Below are positions 1-9,714 of a stretch of DNA of 64,000 nt, piece after piece. The DNA is from an uncultured Gemmatimonadales bacterium (GTDB lineage: Bacteria > Gemmatimonadota > Gemmatimonadetes > Longimicrobiales > Gaopeijiaceae): positions 3,618,772 to 3,682,771 of the forward strand of contig CAWELD010000003.1 in the NCBI GenBank assembly GCA_963809895.1, given 5' to 3'. How positions within the stretch are numbered: the first letter of the stretch is position 1; each line of letters starts with the position of its first letter. The notes under the pieces were generated by a model, which made no database searches, was not told the DNA's origin, and worked only from the letters and a program-made list of their open reading frames with translations. Both the position numbers and the translations under genes were made by a program.

Positions 1-1057
1 CCTGTACGTGACCGAGGGCCAGATCGAGGTCGCCGACCGCCTGGTGCGGCTCGCGCCCCAGGGCCTCGAGCGCGCCGCCTTCACCAACAGCGGCACCGAG
101 GCCATCGAGACCTCCATCACGGCGGCCCGCATCTACACCGGCCGCACCGAGGTCGTGGCGTTGCGTCACGCGTACTCCGGGCGCAGCAGCCTGGCCACGG
201 CGATCACGGCCCATGCGCCGTGGCGTCCGCTGCCCGCGACGGTCACGGGGATCACCCACGCGCGTGCTCCCTACGTCTACCGCTCCCCACTGGGGCCCGA
301 CGCCCCCGCCGAAGCCCAGGTGGACTTCTTCATCGACGACCTGGTGGAGGTCATCGAGACCACCACCTCGGGTCGGCCCGCGGCGTTGATCGTCGAGGCC
401 ATCCAGGGCGTGGGGGGATTCATCGTGCCGCCGCCGGGCTATCTGCGGCGTGCGGCCGAAGTGATCCGGAGCTACGGGGGACTCTTCATCTGCGACGAGG
501 TCCAGACGGGCTTCGGCCGTACGGGCACGCACTGGTTCGGCTGCCAGCACGACGGTGTCGCACCGGACATCATGGTGATGGCCAAGGGCATCGCCAACGG
601 CTTCCCCGTGGGGGCCACCCTGGCCCGCAACGAGGTGGCCGAGGCGTGGACTTCGCTGTCCATCTCCACCTACGGGGGCAATCCCGTGTCCATGGCCGCG
701 GCCGGCGCCACGCTGGACGTCATGGTGGAGGAAGACGTGCCCACCCGCTCCGCCGAGCGGGGTGCGCAGGTGCGCTTCGCCCTCGAGGCGCTGGCCGAGC
801 GCTATGACTGGATCGGCGAGGTGCGGGGCCGGGGGCTCATGCAGGCCATGGAGATCGTGGACGGCCCCGAGAGCCGGGACCCCGATCCAGCCCGCACGCG
901 GGCGCTCCTGGAAGCGGCCAGGGACGAGGGGCTGCTGGTGGGAGCCGGCGGCCTGTCCGGGCACGTGATCCGCATGGGCCCGTCCATGCTCGTCACCGAA
1001 GACGAGACCGCCGAGGGATTGGCTCGGCTCGAGCGCGCCTGCGAGCGGGTGGCGTAG
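1..1057 (+). CDS. Class III PLP-dependent aminotransferase (5' truncated by window edge)
   Basis: Motifs FTNSGTEA, EAIQGVGG, DEVQTGFGRTG, PDIMVMAKGIANG (PLP Lys), STYGGNP, EVRGRGLM. Confidence 0.93.
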   Translation, partial: LYVTEGQIEVADRLVRLAPQGLERAAFTNSGTEAIETSITAARIYTGRTEVVALRHAYSGRSSLATAITAHAPWRPLPATVTGITHARAPYVYRSPLGPDAPAEAQVDFFIDDLVEVIETTTSGRPAALIVEAIQGVGGFIVPPPGYLRRAAEVIRSYGGLFICDEVQTGFGRTGTHWFGCQHDGVAPDIMVMAKGIANGFPVGATLARNEVAEAWTSLSISTYGGNPVSMAAAGATLDVMVEEDVPTRSAERGAQVRFALEALAERYDWIGEVRGRGLMQAMEIVDGPESRDPDPARTRALLEAARDEGLLVGAGGLSGHVIRMGPSMLVTEDETAEGLARLERACERVA

Positions 1058-1137
1058 CCGGCGACCGTTGAAGCGTCGCGGGTGCCGCGGGTGGACGCGG
1101 CGCCAGCGCGGCGTCCCGGAGGAGACCGGGACTCGCC

Positions 1138-1797
1138 TCAGGGTCCCTCGGAAAAGCGCTCGTAGGTGAGGGACATGTTGTGCTCCAACACGGCCAGCGC
1201 GCGGTCGTTGTCACCGGCGGCGATGGCCCGGATGAGCTCGTCGTGCTGGGCGATGGACTCCTCGGTCCGCTCTTCCTGCGAATAGTACCAGAGCTCCAGG
1301 CGACTCACCTGGCTGCGCAGGTCGTCGAGCAGATCGGTGAGACGTTGGCTGCCGGCCCGCTCGCACAGGAAGTGGTGGAAGCGGTTGTTGAGCTCGATGA
1401 GCCGTCCCACGTCACCCTTGTCGCGGGCATCGGCCATTTCCCGGTTGATGGCCTTGAGACCCGTCACGTCCTCGGTGGTGAGACGGGGCAGGGCGAGTCG
1501 ACCGGCCAGAAGCTCCAACGCGGACACGATGGGATAGAGCTCCAGGAGCGCCTCCAGCGGCTCCTCGGGCACCCGGAACCCGCGGTGCGGGATGCGCTCC
1601 AGGAATCCCTCGCTGGCCAGTCGTCCGAGAGCTTCGCGCACGGGCGTGCGGCTCACCCCCAGGGCGGCGCTGACTTCCTGCTCCCGTACGAACTCCCCCA
1701 GCGCCATGGCACCGGAGAGGATGCGGGAGCGGATGGCGTTGTACGCCTGATCCGCCAGCGTGGTCTGCGAGACCTTCGGCCAGGGAGTTCTCGTCAT
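1138..1797 (-). CDS. GntR family transcriptional regulator (FCD domain)
   Basis: HTH LGVSRTPVREALGRLASEGFL and C-terminal NNRFHH...QHDELIRAI; start moved to ATG 1797 (MTRTPWPK). Confidence 0.92.
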   Translation of the reverse strand: MTRTPWPKVSQTTLADQAYNAIRSRILSGAMALGEFVREQEVSAALGVSRTPVREALGRLASEGFLERIPHRGFRVPEEPLEALLELYPIVSALELLAGRLALPRLTTEDVTGLKAINREMADARDKGDVGRLIELNNRFHHFLCERAGSQRLTDLLDDLRSQVSRLELWYYSQEERTEESIAQHDELIRAIAAGDNDRALAVLEHNMSLTYERFSEGP

Positions 1798-2023
1798 CTT
1801 CCGAGTCTCGTGAATCCGGGATCCGCTCCAGACGGGCAGTCTCGAACCTCGTCTGACGTCGGGCGAAGGCGGGGCATCCAGGTCCTGCGGCCCGGCAGAG
1901 GATACCCGACGCCGTCGCGTCCAGCAACCAGGTCGTGCCGACGGCTGCGCTCGGTCGTGAGGCCGATGCACCCCCGGACGTCGCGTCGAACCCGGGGGCG
2001 GCGGCCCGCCACGCCGGGGTCGG

Positions 2024-3100
2024 TCAGCGTCGCATGCGGCAGGCGCTGGGATACTGCTCGCAGTACACCCCGCCTTCCAGCAAGGCGTGTACCACGGCCC
2101 GGCCCAACGCATCGGCCGCCGCGCTGTAGATGGCCTGCAGGTCCTGCACCTCCAGCGTGCCGGAGGGCGGGGTCGTGGCCATGCCGAAGACCGCGTCGCC
2201 GTCGACGAGCCCGTGAATGGGCCGGACGGACCGGGCCAGCCCGCTGTTGGAGACCATGGCCATGCGTTGCACCTGCGTCTGATCCAGGGGTGCATCGGTG
2301 GCCACCAGCGCGATGGTGGTGTTGAACATCTCGCCCGACGTTCCGTTGGCGTTGCCCGCGTCGCTGGGCTGGCATTCCTCGGCGCTGGGCGAGGCGAGGT
2401 GGAATTCCCCGTCCAGCTCCAGGAAGAGGCCGTAGGGCTGGCAGGTCTCGGGATTCACCGCCGAGCCGGCCGGGTTGAGCCCGACGATGGCGCCCACCGT
2501 GTAGCCGTTGGGGAGTACGACGCTGGCGGATCCCAGGCCGTAGCGCGCGCCGGTGCCCGCGCCCTTGCGGCCCAGGGCCACGGGCCCGTCGTTGGCCGCG
2601 TCGGCGGCGCGATAGCCGAAGTCGGCGTCGGGTCGCTTCGAGAAGTCCCCGCCCCGGCCCAGGTCGAAGAGGATGGCCGACGGCACGATGGGCACCACGC
2701 CTCCGGCGATGGGATAGCCGTGGCCGTGCTCCTCCAACCAACGCATCACCCCGGTGGCGGCGTCCAATCCATAGGCGCTCCCCCCGCTGAGGACGATGGC
2801 GTTGGCCTGCGTGACCAGCCCGCCCGGCGCCAGCAGATCGGTCTCGCGCGTGCCCGGCGCGCCGCCCTGCACGTTGACGCTGGCCGTGGCCCCGTCCTCG
2901 GTGAGAATCACCGTGGTGCCCGTCAGCCAACCGTCACCCATGCGCTGGTACTGGCCCACCTTGATCCCGGGCACGTCGGTGATCGTGTTGCTCGCTCCCG
3001 GGTGCTGCGCCTGGGCCGCGAGCGGGGTCGTGGCGGCGACGAGCAGGAGGAGGAAGACCCGATCGAAGGCGCGGCGGGTCGGGGAGGGGAGGGTGGCCAT
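2024..3100 (-). CDS. P1/DmpA-family (S58) peptidase with signal peptide
   Basis: NTITDVPGIKVG, GGAPGTRETDLL, SGGSAYGL, autoprocessing-type NTTI, DGDAVF; signal peptide ending LAAQA; ATG 3100 after GGAG. Confidence 0.9.
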   Translation of the reverse strand: MATLPSPTRRAFDRVFLLLLVAATTPLAAQAQHPGASNTITDVPGIKVGQYQRMGDGWLTGTTVILTEDGATASVNVQGGAPGTRETDLLAPGGLVTQANAIVLSGGSAYGLDAATGVMRWLEEHGHGYPIAGGVVPIVPSAILFDLGRGGDFSKRPDADFGYRAADAANDGPVALGRKGAGTGARYGLGSASVVLPNGYTVGAIVGLNPAGSAVNPETCQPYGLFLELDGEFHLASPSAEECQPSDAGNANGTSGEMFNTTIALVATDAPLDQTQVQRMAMVSNSGLARSVRPIHGLVDGDAVFGMATTPPSGTLEVQDLQAIYSAAADALGRAVVHALLEGGVYCEQYPSACRMRR

Positions 3101-3196
3101 GGCGCGGCGTCTCCTTGGCGGACGGGTTCGAGGAGGTGCTTCCGGAAAGGTAGTGATTGCCGGCCTGCTGCGCGTTCCCGGCGGACAAAAACAAAC

Positions 3197-3240
3197 TTGA
3201 CACCACATAATATACTGAATACGGTGCATCCGAAATGCAC
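3197..3240 (+). promoter_or_regulatory. Sigma70-like promoter of susC with overlapping palindrome
   Basis: TTGACA (3197-3202), 17 bp, TACGGT (3220-3225); inverted repeat GTGCAT-N5-ATGCAC (3224-3240) in an AT-rich divergent intergenic region. Confidence 0.55.
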
Positions 3241-3299
3241 ATGCCAGAGCGGGAAACGCATGTGTCAGGTCGTCTTCCAGCCTCCCCAGGAGCCACCCA

Positions 3300-6227
3300 A
3301 TGACCCTTCGAGTTCGTCGACTCACCTTGTGGCTCGGGACGCTGGCCGCCGTGCTCGCGGGCGCGGGGAGTCCCCTGAGCGCTCAGCAGCCCGGGGTGGT
3401 GCAAGGGAGGGTCACCTCCCAGGCCACCGGCCAGCCCATCTCGGGCGTCCAGGTCTACGTCGAGAATGAAGGCCTCGGCACCCTCAGCGATCAGGACGGG
3501 GTCTTCCACATCACCGGCGTGCCTGCCGGCGAGCACGTGATCGCCACGCAGCGCATCGGGTTCGGCCGGTCCAGCCAGACCGTGACGGTGCAGCCCGGCG
3601 CGACCGTGACCGTGAACTTCCTGCTCTCGGAGCAGGCCATGGAGCTGGACGCGCTCGTGGTCACCGGGCAGGGCTCGGAGATCTCGCGCCGGCGGCTGTC
3701 CACCAACATCGACGTCATCTCCAACGAGAAGATCGAGAACTCGCCGGCGACGCGTCTGGAGCAGCTCCTGCAGACCGAGTTGCCCTCGGTTCAGGTCCGG
3801 CTGTCCTCGGGGCAGCCCGGCTCCACCACCGTGACCCGCGGCCGTGGCCCGGTCTCGGTGAGCCGCTCCACGACGCCGGTCATCTACGTCGACGGCGTCA
3901 GGGTGGACAACCTGAACACGCAGGCCGAGCTCTCGCTGAACACGTCGGGCGCCGCGCGCGAGGGGACGCAGACCTCCTCCATCGCCGACATCCCCCTGGA
4001 GAACATCGATCACATCGAGTACGTGCCCGGTGGCGCGGCGACGACGCTCTACGGATCGGACGCCGCCAACGGGGTCATCCAGATCTTCACCAAGAAGGGC
4101 TCTCCGGGACCCACGCGCCTCGTGGCAGAGACGGAGCTGGGTTGGGAGGGCCCCGTGACCAAGGCCTTCTTCTTCCCGCAGACCGCCGACCTGCTCTACC
4201 GGAAGGGTCTGACGCAGCAGTACCGGCTCTCGGGAAGCGGCGGCAACGACAACGTGACCTGGTCGTTCAGCGGCAGCATCCACGACCGTGAAGGCTACCG
4301 CATCGACAACAACGCCTCGCGCACCTACCAGGGCCGCACCGGCCTCACCGCGCGCATCACGGACAACCTCCGCTACGACGGCTCGTTCGGCTTCGGCTGG
4401 AACCACTACGACCGCACGCGCGACGGCAACGCCGGTGGCTACACACCGCTGTGGCTGCTCGAGGGCGGCCGCATCTTCGCCCTGGGCTTCAACAACAAGC
4501 TCAACGAGATGAGCTCGTCGGAGCTCGAGGACCTGCGCTCCTTCCTCACCGAGGCCGAGCGGCTGGAGAACTACCAGATCCAGGTCACACGCTTCCAGCT
4601 CTCCAACACCTTCCGCTGGGACGCCCGGTCGGACCTGTCCTTCAACGCCACCGTGGGTCTGGACTCGCGCGTCAGCAACGAGCGCGGCATCGAGACCAAC
4701 GAGTTCCTGGTCTTCACCGGCTCCTATCCAGAGGGGACCGACGATCGGGGCAGCATCCGGAGCTACGACCGCAAGTTCCTGGGCCTCACCATGGAAGGCG
4801 GCGGACAGTACCGCTTCGACCGGGGCCCGCTGTCGCTGGTCACCTCGGCGGGGGCCCAGCTCTTCCGCAACGAAGACGATCAGGCGGCGCGTATCGCGCT
4901 CAACGTCCGCGACGGGAGCGAGACGGTACGCGGCGCCGGCAGCACGCAGGCCGACGACTACTTCCTGCAGCTCGTCAACTACGGCGTCTACGTTCAGCAG
5001 AACTGGGGCTTCTACGACCGCTACTTCCTGGACCTGGGGCTCCGGGCCGACGGCAACTCGGCCTTCGGTAAGGACGTGGGCCTCCAGTACTACCCGAAGG
5101 TCGGCGTCTCGTACGACATCGGCTCGGAGAGCTTCTTCCGGAACAACGTTCCCGAGAGCTTCATTTCCAGCCTGCGCCTGCGCAGCAACTACGGCGTGGC
5201 CGGCAACTTCCCGCCTCCGTTCTCACGTGACCGCACGGTGAGCTTCGCCTCGTATCTGGGGCAGCAGACGGCGGGCTTCGGCCAGCCGGGGAACTCGGAC
5301 CTGAAGCCGGAGAAGACCCACACCCTGGAGGTGGGCGGCGAGCTGCAGGCGCTCTCCAACCGCCTGACCTTCCAGTTCAACTGGTACAACGCCCGCACCA
5401 AGGACGCGCTCTTCCTGGTGCCCTCGGGCCCGTCGACGGGCGAGGGCGTGCAGATGCGCAACGTGGGTGAGATCGAGAACCGGGGCTTCGAGTTGCAGGC
5501 CGTGGGCGACCTCTACCGCAGCGACAAATTCACGGCGCGCATCACGGCGTCGCTGAACACGCTCCACAACGAGGTCGTGGACGCCGGCGGCTCGCCGGTC
5601 TTCCAGATCAGCGGCTTCAGCTCCTCCACGGTGCAGTCGGTAGTGAAGGAGGGCTGGCCGGTGGGTGCGCTGCGAGGCACGGCGTCGACGCTGAACCCCG
5701 ACGGCACCATCAAGGAGACCAAGCTGCTCCAGTACCTGGGCAAGCCGCTGCCGGACAAGTTCGGCTCGCTGGGACTGGAGATGACCGTGGGCAGCCGGCT
5801 CAGCCTCAGGGCCGACGCCGACTGGCAGACCGGTGCGCAGCTGCACTCGTTCAACCGCCAGTTCCGCTACCTCTACGGCATCGACGACCCCGAGCTACCC
5901 CCGGCGCTCCTGGAGCAGAATCCGGGGCCGATCCGCGGCAACTGGCTCAACCTCACGAACTTCTTCGTGGAGAACACCGACTACCTGCGCTTCCGCAACG
6001 TGTCGGCGGACTACCGGCTTCCCGAGAATCTGATCTCGCGCTGGGCCGAGCAGGTGAACGTGGGCATCACGATCCAGAATCCCTTCGGCTGGTGGACCTC
6101 GTCGTTCGATCCGGAATCGGATCACTCGGGTGCGGCCAGCCAGGGCGCGGCCACGGTCGGCGGTTTCAACTACGCCAGCGACCCGGCACCGCGGACCTTC
6201 CTCGCCACCGTCCGCGTGCGGTTCTAG
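3300..6227 (+). CDS. SusC/RagA-type TonB-dependent receptor
   Basis: Signal peptide, carboxypeptidase-regulatory-like N-domain, plug motifs PVIYVDGVR and AATTLYGSDAANGVIQIFTKKG, GNSDLKPEKT, C-terminal Phe. Confidence 0.93.
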   Translation: MTLRVRRLTLWLGTLAAVLAGAGSPLSAQQPGVVQGRVTSQATGQPISGVQVYVENEGLGTLSDQDGVFHITGVPAGEHVIATQRIGFGRSSQTVTVQPGATVTVNFLLSEQAMELDALVVTGQGSEISRRRLSTNIDVISNEKIENSPATRLEQLLQTELPSVQVRLSSGQPGSTTVTRGRGPVSVSRSTTPVIYVDGVRVDNLNTQAELSLNTSGAAREGTQTSSIADIPLENIDHIEYVPGGAATTLYGSDAANGVIQIFTKKGSPGPTRLVAETELGWEGPVTKAFFFPQTADLLYRKGLTQQYRLSGSGGNDNVTWSFSGSIHDREGYRIDNNASRTYQGRTGLTARITDNLRYDGSFGFGWNHYDRTRDGNAGGYTPLWLLEGGRIFALGFNNKLNEMSSSELEDLRSFLTEAERLENYQIQVTRFQLSNTFRWDARSDLSFNATVGLDSRVSNERGIETNEFLVFTGSYPEGTDDRGSIRSYDRKFLGLTMEGGGQYRFDRGPLSLVTSAGAQLFRNEDDQAARIALNVRDGSETVRGAGSTQADDYFLQLVNYGVYVQQNWGFYDRYFLDLGLRADGNSAFGKDVGLQYYPKVGVSYDIGSESFFRNNVPESFISSLRLRSNYGVAGNFPPPFSRDRTVSFASYLGQQTAGFGQPGNSDLKPEKTHTLEVGGELQALSNRLTFQFNWYNARTKDALFLVPSGPSTGEGVQMRNVGEIENRGFELQAVGDLYRSDKFTARITASLNTLHNEVVDAGGSPVFQISGFSSSTVQSVVKEGWPVGALRGTASTLNPDGTIKETKLLQYLGKPLPDKFGSLGLEMTVGSRLSLRADADWQTGAQLHSFNRQFRYLYGIDDPELPPALLEQNPGPIRGNWLNLTNFFVENTDYLRFRNVSADYRLPENLISRWAEQVNVGITIQNPFGWWTSSFDPESDHSGAASQGAATVGGFNYASDPAPRTFLATVRVRF

Positions 6228-6236
6228 GAGGTGATC

Positions 6237-7718
6237 ATGCGACTCTCTGACTTCCACAACCGGGCCGCGACCATGGGCAAGCGACTGAGCCTCCTTCTGA
6301 CCCTCTCCGCCATGCTCGCCGTGAGCGGGTGTGACTTCCTCGATCCCACAGGCGTGGACAATCCCACGGTTACCGAAGGCACCTTCACCAACACGCCCAA
6401 CGCCGCGGCCTCCTGGACGCGGGGCGTGGAGCGGCAGCTCGCCGCCACGGTGGACGAGGTGGTGATCGGTACCGAGGTGGTTTCCGACAACGTCTTCAAC
6501 AACCGCACGCTGTTCAGCAAAGTCTTCGACATTCCCCAGCTCGACGCGTCGGACTTCGACGTCACCAACATCCAGGAGGAGATCCACCGGCTGCGCGAGA
6601 TGGCCGACCAGGGCCTGAACGTGATTCTTCCCGCCGACGAATCGGCCACCGACGAGATGACGGCGCAGCTCCACTTCGACCGCGCCTACGCCTACCTGCT
6701 GGCAGGTGAGCTCTTCGTGGCGCTGCCGGCCGAAGCCGACGGTCCGGCGGTGTCGCCGGCCGACAACCTGGCGTCGGCGGTGGAGGACTTCCAGATGGCG
6801 GCCAACATGTCGTCCGACGCGACGCTGTCGGCGGCGGCGACGTTGGGCGTGGCCCGCGCGCAGTACGACGCGGGCAACATGTCGGCGGCGGTGGCCGCGG
6901 CGCAGCAGGTGAAGTCCATGGCGCCCGACCTGGTCCGCATGGTCCAGTACGACAACGTGGACGGTCCCACCAACAGCATGCAGTTCGCCGTCTACGACTC
7001 GCCCTTCGGCGACGAGTTCCAGCCGCTGCCGCGCCTCGACTTCCTGTTCCCGAAGTACTACAGCGAAGCGGTGGGCGATCAGAGCCCCATCGCCATCATG
7101 AAGAGCGAAGAGGCGTATCTGATCATCGCCGAGGCGGCCGTGGCCGGCGGTGACGTGACGGGTGCTCGCAACGAGCTGCTCGATCTGCTGGACCTGGTGG
7201 CATCGCGCCCCACGGCCATGATCGACGACCGCGGCCAGGCCCGCGGGCGTGTGGGCGGCACCTGGATCTATCCCAACGACGCCAGCATCGCCGTGGCGGC
7301 GAGCCCCGGCGCCGAGCCCCGTGAGGGCCTGGTGCTGACGCGGAGTGAAGGCCTGGTGGAGGTTCCCACGGTGTCCGGCACCTCGGTGACGGCGGACATG
7401 CTCAACGCCGCCACCACCGTCGATGACATGCTCTACCTGGTCTACCTCATGCGCCAGGAGATCTTCGTCCTCGAGGGACGCCGCATGACCGACCTGGGCA
7501 TCCGCCTGCCCGTGGCGCTGAACGAGGCGCTCTCGAATCCCAACATCAGCGAGGGCGATCCGGCGCTGACGGCGCAGCTCCCGTCCTTCATTCCGCTGGA
7601 CTACGGCCTCGACGCCTTCGACTACGAGGACGGCGATCAGCTCGCGGTGATCCACAACGACATGAACGCGGTCATCGTGGCGAACAAGAGCTCCAGCGCG
7701 GTGGTGCCGTTCTTCTGA
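6237..7718 (+). CDS. SusD/RagB-like lipoprotein
   Basis: Lipobox VSGC, EEAYLIIAEA, RQEIFVLEGRRMTD; directly follows susC. Confidence 0.82.
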   Translation: MRLSDFHNRAATMGKRLSLLLTLSAMLAVSGCDFLDPTGVDNPTVTEGTFTNTPNAAASWTRGVERQLAATVDEVVIGTEVVSDNVFNNRTLFSKVFDIPQLDASDFDVTNIQEEIHRLREMADQGLNVILPADESATDEMTAQLHFDRAYAYLLAGELFVALPAEADGPAVSPADNLASAVEDFQMAANMSSDATLSAAATLGVARAQYDAGNMSAAVAAAQQVKSMAPDLVRMVQYDNVDGPTNSMQFAVYDSPFGDEFQPLPRLDFLFPKYYSEAVGDQSPIAIMKSEEAYLIIAEAAVAGGDVTGARNELLDLLDLVASRPTAMIDDRGQARGRVGGTWIYPNDASIAVAASPGAEPREGLVLTRSEGLVEVPTVSGTSVTADMLNAATTVDDMLYLVYLMRQEIFVLEGRRMTDLGIRLPVALNEALSNPNISEGDPALTAQLPSFIPLDYGLDAFDYEDGDQLAVIHNDMNAVIVANKSSSAVVPFF

Positions 7719-8220
7719 TGAGCGAGCGGCACGGGCCGTAGCGCCGAGAGGCGCGCCGGGCGACCGGGCTGGTTGCCGGCGGGCGCCGCTGGCGGGCGGC
7801 CGATCGTGGCCGCCGAGTGGCGGGAACGGCGGCGGGGCGGCCGGTTGTGGCCGCCCGGAGTGGCCGCCGGTGATGGCCGCCGGTGAAGGACGGCGGTGGC
7901 GGCCGCCGAGCGAGACAGGTGCCCCCTTCCGAGAGGAAGGTGGGCCGACCGGAGGGGTTTCTGCGGCGGCGGGCCGTGGGGGCCCCTTCGGTGCGTTCGG
8001 GGGTGGTGCGGGGGGGTGGCGGCGGGGGCGGATGGTGCCGGGGCGGGATGGTGCCGGGGCGGATGGCGCCGTGCCGGGTCGCGCCGGCCAGCGACCGAGG
8101 CCGCCCCCTCCCCGTACGTCGCTCCGACGGGGGTCGGCGCGCCGGACCTCGGCGAGCGGCCGTCCCGCTGCTGGCGCGCTGGGCGGACGTCGCTCCGGTT
8201 CCACTGGAGCCCCCCAGAAC

Positions 8221-8980
8221 GGCGATTCGTCGATTCGACTCGCCGAGCGAGTCAAAGTCGACAGAGGGTTCCGAGCGCCAACCGCGACCCGACGAGTTCA
8301 ACTCGCTCAGCGAGTTCTATTCGCAAACCGTTCGAAAACCATGCTCCAGTGGTCGGGTTTGACTCGGGGTCTGGAGGAGCGTCGTCGCCGGCCGCAATGG
8401 CGTCGGCCGTCTCCCAGTGCAGTGTCCGACTCGGCGTGCGTCAGATCGCCTCCGCCAGCCCGACATCGCGCTCCCGTGCCGCTCACGGCGACGCCAGCGT
8501 CCGCCGCCGCCTGCGATATCGCCTTAAGCGCAGCCGCGGGCCTCCACCCCGCATGTCGCTACGGTGACATTCGAGCCCTCCGAGACTGGCGATTTGCCAA
8601 TTCAACTCGCTGAGCGAGTCGAAATCGACAAGGGTGCTGGGCGCCAACCTCGATTCGCCAATTCAACTCGCTCAGCGAGTTCTATTGGTAAACCGTTCGA
8701 AAACCATGCTCCAGTGGTCGAGTTTGACTCGGTGTCTGGAGGAGCGAGGTCGCCGGCCGCCATGGCATCGGCCGCTCCATGCCGCCCACAACGTCGCCAG
8801 CCTCCGCCCGACCGACATCGCGCTCCCGTGCCCGCTCACAACGTCGCCCGCCTCCGCCGGCCCGACATCGCACTCCCATGCCGCTCACAACGTCGCCAGC
8901 CTCCGCCCGCCCGACGTCGCCGCTCGCCGGCCGCTCACGACGACGCCGCCCCTGCCGGCCCGACGCCGCACTCCCCTGCC
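8221..8980. repeat. Tandem ~370-bp intergenic duplication with palindromic heads and ~50-bp subrepeats
   Basis: 8221-8409 is similar to 8588-8774 (shared AACTCGCTCAGCGAGTTCTATT and AAACCGTTCGAAAACCATGCTCCAGTGGTCG); about four ~50-bp units GCCGCTCACAACGTCGCCAGCCTCCGCC... at 8780-8977. Confidence 0.85.
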
Positions 8981-9018
8981 GCCGCCCCCTCGACCGACCG
9001 CTCACTCGCCCATCGCCC

Positions 9019-9082
9019 TTGACACCTCAAAACCTGAGGGCAACCTTCTGGGCGTGCCATACCCTCAAAACCTGATGTCAAG
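9019..9082 (+). promoter_or_regulatory. Putative promoter and doubled PadR operator
   Basis: TTGACA at 9019 followed by CCTCA-AAACC-TGAGG (9025-9039); second copy CCTCA-AAACC-TGATG (9063-9077). Confidence 0.6.
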
Positions 9083-9201
9083 GGATGGGCCCCACCGTCC
9101 GCTCCGGCGCGAACCGAACGCCCACCCCAACGACTCGACCCGAACGAACTTCCGCTGGCCCACGACCCGCCCCCACATCCCCCCGACCCGCAACCGCACA
9201 C

Positions 9202-9714
9202 ATGGACCTTCTGCGCGGCACCCTCGACACCCTGATCCTCCAGGCCCTCGAAGCCGGGCCCGTGCACGGGTACGGGATCGCCGACTGGATCCGGCGCGTG
9301 ACCGACGAGGCGCTGCAGGTGGAGGACGGCGCCCTGTACGCGTCGCTCCACCGCCTGCGGGACCGGGGCTATCTCGCGGCCGAATGGGGCGTCTCCGATA
9401 AGGGACGCCGGGCCAAGTTCTACCGGCTCACCCCCAGCGGCCGCGAGGAGCTGACGCGCAGCCAGGCCCACTGGGCACGCTACGCCAAGGCAGTGGAGAA
9501 GGTCTTCCGGGCGGGGGGCGCAGCCGGGACCGCGGCGGCCGCCGGCGCGGCAGGAGGCGCTGGCAGCGGCGGCGCGACGGGGGCCGGCCCAACCGGCGGC
9601 GCCACCGGGGCCGCCCCAATCGGCGGCAGGACCGGGGCGGCCCCAACCGGCGACCCGGCCGCGAGCGGGCCCGCCGGCCCGCCCGGAAACCCCACCGGAG
9701 ACGCAGCCCCGTGA
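9202..9714 (+). CDS. PadR family regulator (ADOP-associated type) with Gly/Ala/Pro-rich tail
   Basis: MDLLRGTLDTLIL, HGYGIA, GALYASLHRL, RRAKFYRLT. Confidence 0.93.
   Translation: MDLLRGTLDTLILQALEAGPVHGYGIADWIRRVTDEALQVEDGALYASLHRLRDRGYLAAEWGVSDKGRRAKFYRLTPSGREELTRSQAHWARYAKAVEKVFRAGGAAGTAAAAGAAGGAGSGGATGAGPTGGATGAAPIGGRTGAAPTGDPAASGPAGPPGNPTGDAAP

Noticed and set aside
8780..8977. CRISPR array
   Set aside because: The ~50-bp units are contiguous and degenerate with no unique spacers; no cas genes in the window
5895..9400. Long Arg/Pro/Gly-rich ORFs (e.g. 5895-8255, 7870-8613, 8634-9401) and similar shadow ORFs throughout
   Set aside because: Antisense or off-frame products of high GC and repeats, with no recognisable domains
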